From assembly GCA_024400785.1 (NCBI GenBank), contig JAKSME010000004.1:1-44844 (forward strand): DNA of 44,844 bases. The letters are read 5' to 3'. The notes beneath the pieces are model-generated. The model was not told the DNA's origin, made no database searches, and saw only the letters and a program-made list of their open reading frames with translations. The position numbers were made by a program, and so were the translations under genes. Shown here in pieces: positions 24,877 to 34,338 of this stretch; position 1 is the stretch's first letter; every line of letters starts with the position of its first letter. This DNA is from Bacteroidales bacterium (GTDB lineage: Bacteria; Bacteroidota; Bacteroidia; Bacteroidales; WCHB1-69).

Positions 24877-26325
24877 TTATTCAGCTTTGGATTCTTCTTT
24901 GATGTTAGGAAGTTCAAGGCCCCAACCTTTCTTTCCGTCGAGAGCCTTCAGATAAATGGAGAGGATGAGGGCAGCCACACCAAAGCCGGCGAATACTACC
25001 ATCGGAACGGTGTAGTTGTAAGGAATCAAAACGTCTGCACCTCCGGCAACAGCTTCCTTAGCCGCCAAAACGGCTTCGTTGGCAGCGTTGGTGGCAGCCA
25101 GAACTTTACCGATGATTAACGGAACAAAGCAGAGCCCGATGTTCTGAATCCAGAAAATCAAGGAGTAAGCACTACCAAGATATCTGTTGGGCATAATCTT
25201 CGGAATGCTCGGCCACAAAGCGGCGGGAACCAATGAAAATGAAATACCCAAAACAATGATGGCGGCGAAGGCAATCACCTTGCTTTCTGTTGCGGGAACG
25301 ACGAATGCAAAAGTTAAGTGGCAGACAATCATCAAAATAGAACCTAACATAAGCATGGTTGCACCTTTACCTTTGTGGTCTAAAAATGAACCCAGGAAAG
25401 GAGTGATGATGGCAGCACCGATGGGGAACCAACGGAATACGTTGGCAGCTGAAGTGGCATCCATGTGCAGGTTGCATTGCAACATGTTGGTTGCATAACG
25501 CTGGAACGGGAAAATAGCTGAGTAGTAAAGAACGCAAAGCAAAGCAACAATCCAGAATACCTGGCTTGAGAAGATTTTGCCAATGTCACTGAGTTTGAAC
25601 TGGTCTTCTTCTGAGACTTCACCACCATCGGTAATGCCGAGCTGACGGTCGAACTTGCGGTCCATAACGCAGAAAACGAGGAAGAAGATGAGCCCGATGA
25701 CCAACAGACAGGCGCAGAATGCTACGGGGCGCACGATGGTTTTCGGTTCGAAGCTTTCAGCCAACCAGGGAGAAATGGAGAAAACGGCGAAGACTCCGAC
25801 ACGGGCAATAGCCATTTCCAAACCCATGGCCAATGCCATTTCCTTGCCAGCAAACCATTTCGCAATGGATTTTGAAACGGTGATACCGGCCATTTCACAA
25901 CCGCAACCGAACATCATGAAACCCAGGGATGCCATTTTTGCACTTGCAGGCATGGATACCCACCATGAATTCAACCATTCGGCGAAACCAGAACCCTGGA
26001 ACCAGTCGCTGATACCAACATACTTAATCATTGCACCAGCAACCATCAGGGATGCAGACAGGGTGCCAGTGAAACGAATACCGCATTTGTCAAGAATGAT
26101 ACCGGCGATAATCAGAAAACCACATACATTCAAAATGTACTCGGCACTTGCGTAGGTGCCAAAAACCTCCGGAGCCCATCCCCTTTGTGATTCAACAAGG
26201 TTTTGAAGGGGGGACATCACATCGACAAACATGTAGCCGAATAACATCATGAACGCGATGAGGAACAACGCAGTCCATCGAACAACTGGATAGTCGTTCA
26301 TCAATTTTTGTACTTTTTCAGTCAT
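24877..26325 (-). CDS. MFS transporter (Bacteroidales conserved type)
   Basis: About 12 hydrophobic segments; GIILDKCGIR (motif A) and KWFAGKEMALAMG. Start at MTEKVQK. A -7 box TACTTTTG lies at 26374-26381. Confidence 0.9.
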   Translation of the reverse strand: MTEKVQKLMNDYPVVRWTALFLIAFMMLFGYMFVDVMSPLQNLVESQRGWAPEVFGTYASAEYILNVCGFLIIAGIILDKCGIRFTGTLSASLMVAGAMIKYVGISDWFQGSGFAEWLNSWWVSMPASAKMASLGFMMFGCGCEMAGITVSKSIAKWFAGKEMALAMGLEMAIARVGVFAVFSISPWLAESFEPKTIVRPVAFCACLLVIGLIFFLVFCVMDRKFDRQLGITDGGEVSEEDQFKLSDIGKIFSSQVFWIVALLCVLYYSAIFPFQRYATNMLQCNLHMDATSAANVFRWFPIGAAIITPFLGSFLDHKGKGATMLMLGSILMIVCHLTFAFVVPATESKVIAFAAIIVLGISFSLVPAALWPSIPKIMPNRYLGSAYSLIFWIQNIGLCFVPLIIGKVLAATNAANEAVLAAKEAVAGGADVLIPYNYTVPMVVFAGFGVAALILSIYLKALDGKKGWGLELPNIKEESKAE

Positions 26326-26483
26326 AATACTATTTGATTTTGTTAATAAATATATTGTCTTGCAAAAAGCCCGCAAAAGTACGATTTTTTTTCTTTTTGA
26401 AAACAAAAATTTATCCCAACACGATTGTTTACAACTTGTAAAAATATAAAGTTGAGAGTGTGTTGTACTTTTAATAATTTTTG

Positions 26484-26491
26484 TATATTTG
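26484..26491 (+). promoter_or_regulatory. -7 box (TATATTTG) upstream of secDF
   Basis: Matches TAnnTTTG, followed by CA. Confidence 0.65.
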
Positions 26492-26552
26492 CAAGCTCAA
26501 AAAAAATCTAAAAAAATAATATAAATATTTAAAAATCAAATAAATAAGCTGT

Positions 26553-29519
26553 ATGCGAAACAAAGGTTTAGTTTTATTTTTTACGATTCTTATCGCACTC
26601 GCATGTCTGTATTGCCTCTCGTTTACCGTAGCAACCAAGAATGTTCAGAAGAAAGCCACTGAGTTTGCTACCACCGGTGCAACCCATGACAAAGCCGTCA
26701 AAGAAGCCATCGCCGCTTTCGAAGCCAACGGCCAAAAAGCTACCGCCCGCGATAAAAAACGTATCACCGAGGAAGTCGAGAACTCCCTCGAACGTGAATA
26801 CCTCGATAGCCAAAAGGATTCTTCCATCTGGCTGGGATTCACTTACGGACAAAGCAAGGACAAAGAAATCAACCTTGGTCTTGACCTCCAAGGCGGTATG
26901 AGCGTAACTCTCGCTGTATCATCTCCCCAGTTGGTTCAGCAATTGTGCAGCGAAACTTACGTTGCTGATGATCTCTTCCTTAAGTCTTTCAACGCAGCAG
27001 TTAAAAAGTACAACCACGGAGCTAATGGTACCGACTTCCTCGATATCTACGCTAAAGAAGCTTCCAGCGTGAAGTTGGCTACCTTCTTCGGCGAGAACCT
27101 CGGCAAGCCCAATGCCAGCAACGAAGAAATCATCACTTCCTTGAAGGAAAAACGCGCTGAAACCATGGATGATACCTACGAAATCCTTCGTACCCGTATC
27201 GACCGTTACGGTGTTGCTCAGCCGAACATCCAAACCGACGCCGCCGGCCGTATCATCGTTGAACTTCCTGGTGTTAAAGATAAAAAACGTATCGAAGACC
27301 TCTTGAAGAGCACCGCCCAACTCGAATTCTGGAAAGTGGTTTCTTCAAAAGAACATTTTCCCGCAACTTTCGCCGAAGCTGTTGACGCTTTGATTAAAGA
27401 AGCTAACGACAACCAAGACAAAGAAACCGTTAAGGAACTTACCGAAGTTAAAAAACATTGCGGTGGCGACCCGCGCGCAGTGGCATACTTCCCGCTCGGC
27501 GATACCGCTAAAATGGGTAAATATCTCCCCGCTATTAAAAAACAAATCGGTGAAAGAGCTAACAACGTGGTCTTCTATTGGGGTAAGGCTGATAAGAAGT
27601 CTAAACTCTCTCCCCTCGTTCCGTTGGAAAAGAAAGAATCTGACCTCGGTCCGGTTCTCTGTAACAAGACTTTGGACAAAGGCGCCCGCATCATCCGTAA
27701 CGCTGAACAAAACGTTGACGAATACCAACGCGTTATCGTTAACATGACCATGGAAGAAGACGCTGCCAACCAATGGCAACGCATTACCAAACAGGAAAAA
27801 GGTGAATGTATCGCTATCGTCCTCGATGAACTCGTTTACTCTTATCCTGTCATCAACGACGAAATCGCTAACGGTCGTTCTCAAATCAGCGGTAATTTCG
27901 ATGTTCAAGAAGCTAAGGAATTGGCTATCGTTTTGAACTCCGGCGGTCTCGATGTCAGCTTGGACATCATTTCCTCCGACCTCGTCGGACCTTCACTCGG
28001 TGAAAAATCCATCAAGTCAGGTTTGCTCTCCTTCTTGTTGGCATTCGTTCTCGTGCTTCTTTACATGTTCTTGTATTATGACCGCGCCGGTTTCGTTGCA
28101 GATATCGCACTTTTGTGCAACGTATTCTTTATGGTCGGTGTCCTTGCCTCCCTCAACGCCGTTCTCTCATTGCCGGGTATGGCTGGTATCGTCCTTACGC
28201 TCGGTATGGCAGTTGACGCAAACGTGTTGATTTACGAACGTATCCGCGAAGAAGTCCGCAACGGTAAAGGTATGCGCCTCGCTGTTGCTGATGGTTACAA
28301 AAACGCTTACTCAGCTATCATCGACGGTAACGTCACTACCTTGATTACCGGTATCGTTCTCTACCTCGTGGGTTCAGGTCCTGTTAAGGGTTTCGCCATC
28401 ACTTTGATCATCGGTATCCTTTCATCCTTGTTCACCGCCATCTTCATCTCTCGTTTGATTTTTGAAAGACGCTTGGCAAAGGGTAAAGAACTCAGATTCG
28501 GAAACAGCAAAACCATTAATGCATTTATTAATGTCCATTTCAATTTCTTGGGCACCAAGAAAGTATGCTACATCATTTCCGCCTCCCTCATCGGTATCAT
28601 GATTATCTCCTTCTGCACGCTCCGTCTGCAGATGGGTATCGACTTCGCCGGTGGTCGTACCTACGTCGTTCTCTTCGACAAAGACGTTGATGCTGCCGCT
28701 GCTTCCGAGGCTGTCACCGCTGAATTCGGAGGTGCTCCCCAGGTAAAGAACTACGGTGCTTCTGACCAATTGCGCGTCACCATCAATTACGATGTTGACA
28801 ATCCGTCAGAAAAAGTTGAACAGGAATGTAAAGACAAACTTTACAAATCTTTGAAGGGTTTTTACTCATATAATATCACTCAGGATGAATTTGAAGATGT
28901 AAAAGCTAATGAAAACGGTATTCAGAGTGCTTCTCGCGTGCAGGCAGCCATGGCCAGCGAATTGATAGGCAAGGCCGTTCTCTCCGTTTTGATTGCTCTC
29001 GTTCTCATCTTCATCTACATCGCCATCCGTTTCCGCAACTGGCAGTTCGGTTTGGGTAGTGTCCTCACCCTGTTCCACGATACCATCATCACCATCGGTA
29101 TGTTCTCCCTGTTCTGGAAGATCGCGCCGTTCTCACTCGAAGTCGACCAACAGTTCATCGCAGCAGTCCTCACCGTTATCGGTTATTCTATCAACAACGT
29201 GGTGATTATTTATGACCGTGTACGTGAAAACTTGACACTTTCACCGAAAGCTGGTTATGAAGCCAACTTCAACAACGCTATCAATGCCACCCTCGGCCGT
29301 AACGTCAATACTTGCGGTACCACCATCATGGTATTGTTGGTTATCTTCATCATGGGCTTCTTCGGCGGTGAAAACATCCAGGGCTTCGTATTCGCTATGT
29401 TGATGGGTATCATCTGCGGTACTTACTCAGGTATCTTCATCGCTCCCGGTCTTGCTTTCGACCTCCTCAGCCATTCAAAGAAAAAAGCTAACGTTGCTAA
29501 GATTCAGTTGATGAAATAA
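26553..29519 (+). CDS. secDF: Protein translocase subunit SecDF (fused)
   Basis: NLGLDLQGG, RIDRYGVAQP, GPSLG, GMAVDANVLIYERIREE, GIDFAGG, FHD and GYSINNVVIIYDRVRE motifs. Confidence 0.97.
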   Translation: MRNKGLVLFFTILIALACLYCLSFTVATKNVQKKATEFATTGATHDKAVKEAIAAFEANGQKATARDKKRITEEVENSLEREYLDSQKDSSIWLGFTYGQSKDKEINLGLDLQGGMSVTLAVSSPQLVQQLCSETYVADDLFLKSFNAAVKKYNHGANGTDFLDIYAKEASSVKLATFFGENLGKPNASNEEIITSLKEKRAETMDDTYEILRTRIDRYGVAQPNIQTDAAGRIIVELPGVKDKKRIEDLLKSTAQLEFWKVVSSKEHFPATFAEAVDALIKEANDNQDKETVKELTEVKKHCGGDPRAVAYFPLGDTAKMGKYLPAIKKQIGERANNVVFYWGKADKKSKLSPLVPLEKKESDLGPVLCNKTLDKGARIIRNAEQNVDEYQRVIVNMTMEEDAANQWQRITKQEKGECIAIVLDELVYSYPVINDEIANGRSQISGNFDVQEAKELAIVLNSGGLDVSLDIISSDLVGPSLGEKSIKSGLLSFLLAFVLVLLYMFLYYDRAGFVADIALLCNVFFMVGVLASLNAVLSLPGMAGIVLTLGMAVDANVLIYERIREEVRNGKGMRLAVADGYKNAYSAIIDGNVTTLITGIVLYLVGSGPVKGFAITLIIGILSSLFTAIFISRLIFERRLAKGKELRFGNSKTINAFINVHFNFLGTKKVCYIISASLIGIMIISFCTLRLQMGIDFAGGRTYVVLFDKDVDAAAASEAVTAEFGGAPQVKNYGASDQLRVTINYDVDNPSEKVEQECKDKLYKSLKGFYSYNITQDEFEDVKANENGIQSASRVQAAMASELIGKAVLSVLIALVLIFIYIAIRFRNWQFGLGSVLTLFHDTIITIGMFSLFWKIAPFSLEVDQQFIAAVLTVIGYSINNVVIIYDRVRENLTLSPKAGYEANFNNAINATLGRNVNTCGTTIMVLLVIFIMGFFGGENIQGFVFAMLMGIICGTYSGIFIAPGLAFDLLSHSKKKANVAKIQLMK

Positions 29520-29537
29520 TCATTTCTAAATAATTGC

Positions 29538-29591
29538 AAATTAGGTTGCTATAATTGGGAAATTTTTTCTATTTTAGCAACCTAATTTTTT
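29538..29591 (+). terminator. Long inverted repeat after secDF (terminator-like)
   Basis: AAATTAGGTTGCTA (29538-29551) and TAGCAACCTAATTT (29575-29588), then a T run. Confidence 0.6.
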
Positions 29592-29611
29592 AATAGAAAA
29601 AATTTTTAGTT

Positions 29612-32137
29612 ATGACGATAAAAAAATTTACCGTATTTTTTCTAACCCTCTTATTTTTAGGTGTTTGTAATGCTCAAGCACCTGTTGTGAAGGATGCAGA
29701 CAATGCCTTCAGAACTTGCAAGTATGAGAAAGCTTTGCAAGAATATAAAAAGGTAACGAGCAAAATCAAGAAGAATAAGGTTGAATCACGTCGTGTGGCT
29801 TACCAGATTGCGGAATGCTATCGTATCATGGGCGACGTGAAACATGCTAAAAAACAGTATGAATCTTTGTATAAAAAGAATTATCAGAAAGATAATCCGT
29901 TAATTCTTTATCATTTGGGTAATATCAGCATTAATGAAGGCAATTACGATGCCGCTTTGAAGTATTATCAGGAATTTAAGAAGAAAGCTCCCGAGGACAC
30001 TCGTGCCGATGTGATGATTGAGTCATGCGCCCGTGCCAAGAATTGGAAGGAAACCCCTACCCGCTACGAGGTGTTCCCGATGAAAAAACTCAACACCCGT
30101 TACGATGAATGGGCCCCGCGTTGGGGCAACCCCGATCGTAAAACCCAGATTATCTTTACCTCCAACCGTGACGGTTCTAACGGTAAAGGTACCGACCAAT
30201 GGACAGGTCAGGCATTTTCTGACATCTACGTCAGTGAACTGCCCAAGAGCCGCAATACCGAATGGCCCGGTGAATGGTCTCCTGTTGCTTCTTACGATGA
30301 AAACAGCATCATCAATACCGGTGTCAATGAAGGCGAAGCTTGCCCCAACCAAAAGGCAACAGCTATGTACTACACTTTCTGTCCGCAGGATAAAAAGGAA
30401 GTAAAAGGCTGTTACATCTATGTGACCACAAAGAAGGGTAAAGATTGGACCGAACCCGAAATGGTCAACCTCGGTCTTGACTCTTTCAACTATGTCCACC
30501 CCTTTGTCACGGGTGATGAACTGACCCTTTTCTTTGCTTCCGACATGCCCGGTGGATATGGTGGATATGACCTGTATAAAGTCACCCGTGCCAAGAAAAC
30601 CAAACCGTTTGCGACTGCCGATGTCAAGAATCTCGGTAATGTCGTAAATACCGCCGGCAATGAGGTTTTCCCCGCTCTTCGCGGCGACAGCCTTCTTTAT
30701 TTCTCTTCTGATGGACATTATGGTTTCGGCGGCCTCGACATTTACTATTCTGAATACGTAAATGGTAAGTATCAAACGCCTCAAAACCTTCTTTCCCCCA
30801 TCAATTCCGAAGCTGATGAAATCGGTATTATGTTCGATGACGCACCTGCCTTGGATCCGAAGTCAAAATCTCCTTATTTGGAAAAAGGTTACTTCTCATC
30901 TAACCGTGCCGGTGGCAAGGGCGGCGACGACATCTATTACTTCCTCCTCCGTCCCTTGGTTTACACCATCGCCGGTTTTGTAAAAGATGCCTCCAACCTT
31001 CAACCTATCGACGGTGCCACCGTTGAAGTCGTAGGCTCCGACGGTAAGACCTATCAAACCAAAACCGACGTCAAAGGTTACTACAAATTTGACAAGGAGA
31101 AAATTTTAGCCAATACCACTTACAGCATGGTCACTACAAAATCCGGTTACTATGCTGAAAACAATACCGCCAGCCAAACCACCGTTGGTTTGACCGAAAA
31201 CACCGACCTCAAACAAGACTTCAAACTCACACCGCTTCCGAGAGAACCTATCGTTCTTCCCGAAATCCTTTATGATTTCGATAAATCCGACCTCAAACCT
31301 CAGTATGAAGACTCATTGCTTTTTGTCTATGACATTATGACGCAGAACCCGACCTTGGTGGTCGAACTCCGTTCACATACCGATAATCGTGGTAACGACG
31401 AATACAACGAAAAACTTTCACAGGCACGTGCTCAGTCTTGTGTTGACTATTTGATTAACGTCAAGGGTATCGACAAAAACAGAATCAGTCCGAAGGGTTA
31501 TGGCGAATACATGCCGCGTGTTCTTACCAGCGACATGACCGTTACTTACAACAGAAAGAAATACACCTTCACCAAAGGCACCAAGCTGACGGAAGAATAC
31601 ATCAATTCACTTTCTCCGAAAGATTATCAGGAAGCAGCCCACCAGCTCAACCGTCGTACTGAGCTCTACATCTTGCGCGACGACTATGTTCCCGGTGGTG
31701 ACAGTATCGCTCCTGTTGCAGATGCAGGTCAGATTAATGTTTACAGTCACAAGTCAATTCCTGTAACTATCTCCAAGGGTGTGGTTAAAGGCGCTTGTTT
31801 CGCTGACAACAAGACTTTCAACTTCGAAATGGTTCCCGGCGACACTGTTTATATGAACCATGCCGACGCCATGCGCTTCTTGAAAGACCACATCGTTTCT
31901 GTTGAAGACTTTGAAGCCAAAGCTGCCGCTATCAATGAAGAAGATGGACAGATTGTTGAAAACGCTATCTTGACACTCAAATCTTTCAATATGGGCGACA
32001 ATGAAGCTGAAAATATTAAGGTCGTTGTTAAGAGAGGCCTCACCTCCTCATTCCTTGTTGGTGAAAACTTCTTGACAAAGACTTATGGTAAATTCACCTT
32101 GGATAAAGGTAAAAAAGAAATCATCTTTGAAAAATAG
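29612..32137 (+). CDS. porE: PorE-like T9SS peptidoglycan-binding protein (TPR + PD40 + carboxypeptidase-regulatory-like + OmpA_C) with an extra C-terminal domain
   Basis: TPRs; PD40 motifs (LFFASDMPGGYGGYDLY, LYFSSDGHYGFGGLDIY, GYFSSNR.GG.G.DDIY); OmpA domain (ILYDFDK, ELRSHTD, LSQARAQS, GYGE...LTEEYI...NRRTE) with the long PorE-type insertion. Confidence 0.75.
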   Translation: MTIKKFTVFFLTLLFLGVCNAQAPVVKDADNAFRTCKYEKALQEYKKVTSKIKKNKVESRRVAYQIAECYRIMGDVKHAKKQYESLYKKNYQKDNPLILYHLGNISINEGNYDAALKYYQEFKKKAPEDTRADVMIESCARAKNWKETPTRYEVFPMKKLNTRYDEWAPRWGNPDRKTQIIFTSNRDGSNGKGTDQWTGQAFSDIYVSELPKSRNTEWPGEWSPVASYDENSIINTGVNEGEACPNQKATAMYYTFCPQDKKEVKGCYIYVTTKKGKDWTEPEMVNLGLDSFNYVHPFVTGDELTLFFASDMPGGYGGYDLYKVTRAKKTKPFATADVKNLGNVVNTAGNEVFPALRGDSLLYFSSDGHYGFGGLDIYYSEYVNGKYQTPQNLLSPINSEADEIGIMFDDAPALDPKSKSPYLEKGYFSSNRAGGKGGDDIYYFLLRPLVYTIAGFVKDASNLQPIDGATVEVVGSDGKTYQTKTDVKGYYKFDKEKILANTTYSMVTTKSGYYAENNTASQTTVGLTENTDLKQDFKLTPLPREPIVLPEILYDFDKSDLKPQYEDSLLFVYDIMTQNPTLVVELRSHTDNRGNDEYNEKLSQARAQSCVDYLINVKGIDKNRISPKGYGEYMPRVLTSDMTVTYNRKKYTFTKGTKLTEEYINSLSPKDYQEAAHQLNRRTELYILRDDYVPGGDSIAPVADAGQINVYSHKSIPVTISKGVVKGACFADNKTFNFEMVPGDTVYMNHADAMRFLKDHIVSVEDFEAKAAAINEEDGQIVENAILTLKSFNMGDNEAENIKVVVKRGLTSSFLVGENFLTKTYGKFTLDKGKKEIIFEK

Positions 32138-33314
32138 TATCAAAAATTTAGTTTTTGTACTCATCCTTTTCATTACCATAGCAACTCCCACAATGGCACA
32201 GCCCGTTGTGGGAGCCGCATTAATGGACGAGTACCTTCCATTGCTGCAAGGCAAACGAGTGGCCGTTTGCGGCAATCACACCTCCATGGTGGGAAATGCA
32301 CATTTGGTGGACACGCTGCTTTCTCGCGGTGTGAATGTCACCACGATTTTCTGTCCGGAACACGGTTTCCGCGGCGATGCCGAAGCAGGGGCCCACATCC
32401 AGTCTTCCGTTGACAGCAAAACCGGTCTGCCTATTGTTTCATTATATGGAAACAACAAGAAACCGCAACCTGAGCAAGTCAAGGGCGTGGATGTGATTGT
32501 TTTTGACATTCAGGATGTGGGATGCCGTTTTTACACCTACATTTCCACGTTGCACTATGTGATGGAAGCCGCCGCCGAAAACGGCGTAAAAGTCATCATT
32601 CTCGACCGCCCCAACCCTAACGGCTATTTCGTTGACGGCCCGGTGTTGAAACCTAAATTCCGTTCATTCGTTGGCATGCACTGTGTCCCTGTGGTGCATG
32701 GCATGACTATCGGTGAGTACGGACTGATGGTTAATGGGGAAGGATGGCTGGACAATGGGGTGAAGTGTGATCTCACAGTGGTGAAGATGCAAGACTATGA
32801 CCATACGATGCGCTATTCGCTTCCTATTGCGCCTTCACCGAATCTGCAGAGCGATGCGGCCGTTTTCCTCTATCCCTCGCTTTGTCTGTTTGAAGGGACC
32901 AACGTCAGTGTCGGCCGTGGCACCGACCGCCCTTTCGAAATGTTCGGCTGCCCTGAAATGCAGTCCGGTGACTTCTTATTTACCCCGCATCCCATCAAGG
33001 GCGTTTCCGAAAATCCACCATATAACGGTCAAGAGTGCAGAGGTTACCAACTTACCGCTGTGGCAACGGCCCACCTGAACTCTTTCAACCTCTTCAATGT
33101 GGCTTTTCTCCAATTGGCTTATCGCGACTTCCCCAATCAGTCGAAATTTTTCCTTTCCAACGGTTTTTTCAACAAACTGGCAGGCAACGACGAGTTACAA
33201 AAGCAGATTATTTACGGTGTGAGCGAGGACGAGATTCGCGCTTCTTGGAAGGAAGACCTTGACAAATTCAAAGCCATTCGTTCCCAGTATTTGCTTTACC
33301 CTGATTTTGAATAA
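32127..33314 (+). CDS. namZ: Exo-beta-N-acetylmuramidase NamZ (DUF1343) family
   Basis: PEHGFRG, SLYG, FDIQDVGCRFYTYISTL, LDRPNP, HGMTIGE, PSPNL and SVGRGT motifs. Probable TTG start at 32127 gives the signal peptide MKNSIKNLVFVLILFITIATPTMA-Q. Confidence 0.88.
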   Translation: MKNSIKNLVFVLILFITIATPTMAQPVVGAALMDEYLPLLQGKRVAVCGNHTSMVGNAHLVDTLLSRGVNVTTIFCPEHGFRGDAEAGAHIQSSVDSKTGLPIVSLYGNNKKPQPEQVKGVDVIVFDIQDVGCRFYTYISTLHYVMEAAAENGVKVIILDRPNPNGYFVDGPVLKPKFRSFVGMHCVPVVHGMTIGEYGLMVNGEGWLDNGVKCDLTVVKMQDYDHTMRYSLPIAPSPNLQSDAAVFLYPSLCLFEGTNVSVGRGTDRPFEMFGCPEMQSGDFLFTPHPIKGVSENPPYNGQECRGYQLTAVATAHLNSFNLFNVAFLQLAYRDFPNQSKFFLSNGFFNKLAGNDELQKQIIYGVSEDEIRASWKEDLDKFKAIRSQYLLYPDFE

Positions 33315-33315
33315 T

Positions 33316-33900
33316 ATGGTTTTTCCGCAAGTTGACACGGATGTATTTTTATTCCTCAATGGAATGCACAGTCCATGGGCCGACCGTTTTTTTTATGTGG
33401 TAACACAAACGTGGACTTGGCTTCCAGTTTATTTGGTCACGCTCTTTTTTATCTTCAAAAAATTCAAAAAAAGCGGGTTTTGGGTGGCATTAACGGTTGC
33501 GCTCATTATTTTGTGTACGGACCAGACCTGTAATTTGTTGAAGCGCACGATACAGCGGTCGCGGCCGTCTCATACGGAGCAGATAGCGGATCAAATCCAG
33601 CTTGTAGCGAATCCTGAGGGAAAACTCTATTATGGAGGGCAATACGGCTTTCCATCGGCGCATGCGGCCAATACGGCTGCTTTTGCCCTTTTTCTCATTC
33701 TTTGTTTCAGGGAGCAGCGTCGTTGGCTGTTGCCAACCGCGCTTCTGTGGAGTTTGCTGCTTTCCTATAGCCGCATTTATATGGGGGTGCATTTCCCCAT
33801 TGATATCCTTTGCGGCTGGTGTGTCGGTCTCTTGTGGGCCTTCATGTGGTGGAAGGTCTGTTGCCGCTTTTTTATCAATCGAAAAAAATCCAATATATAA
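33316..33900 (+). CDS. PAP2-family membrane phosphatase
   Basis: KRTIQRSRP, FPSAHAAN and SRIYMGVHFPIDI motifs. Confidence 0.92.
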   Translation: MVFPQVDTDVFLFLNGMHSPWADRFFYVVTQTWTWLPVYLVTLFFIFKKFKKSGFWVALTVALIILCTDQTCNLLKRTIQRSRPSHTEQIADQIQLVANPEGKLYYGGQYGFPSAHAANTAAFALFLILCFREQRRWLLPTALLWSLLLSYSRIYMGVHFPIDILCGWCVGLLWAFMWWKVCCRFFINRKKSNI

Positions 33901-33906
33901 TATAGT

Positions 33907-34281
33907 ATGAAAAAATTCTTTTTGATTTATTTATTAGTGGCAGTGGCCATGTTTGTTGCCTGTGACAGTAAAACGTCGAAAGGCGTACTTGACAATGTAA
34001 TGGGCAAGGATTCCTCGGAGGTAAAGAAGGCGGAAACGGAAGAACCAGCGGCTTTTGCGGCTTTTGACGAGTTGATTGGCGTTTACAAAGTGAAAGTAAA
34101 CGGATGCACAACTTGTGCGGCTGTTGACCAGTGTCAGTTGGAATTTACGCGCGATTTTAATGCGTTAATTACTGACAATAAGGATATTGCAAATGAACTG
34201 CATGTAAAATCGCAGCCTGGAGTTACCGAATTGGGTTCATTGATGAACAAGAAGAAGACGGAATTGGGCTGTAATAAATAG
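33907..34281 (+). CDS. Small hypothetical lipoprotein
   Basis: MKKFFLIYLLVAVAMFVAC lipobox; followed by a terminator. Confidence 0.75.
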   Translation: MKKFFLIYLLVAVAMFVACDSKTSKGVLDNVMGKDSSEVKKAETEEPAAFAAFDELIGVYKVKVNGCTTCAAVDQCQLEFTRDFNALITDNKDIANELHVKSQPGVTELGSLMNKKKTELGCNK

Positions 34282-34282
34282 T

Positions 34283-34320
34283 AAAAAAGAGGGCCGTGGT
34301 AGTGAACTACGGCCCTCTTT
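34283..34320. terminator. Bidirectional terminator
   Basis: AAAGAGGGCCGT...ACGGCCCTCTTT stem between convergent genes. Confidence 0.85.
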
Positions 34321-34338
34321 GTATTGTGTGGTGGCGGA

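Noticed and set aside
26553-29519. SecD-SecF fusion as a novelty
   Set aside because: Fused SecDF is normal in Bacteroidota.
29538-29588. Invertible promoter (inverton)
   Set aside because: The spacer is only 23 bp, no recombinase is nearby, and a trailing T run favours a terminator.
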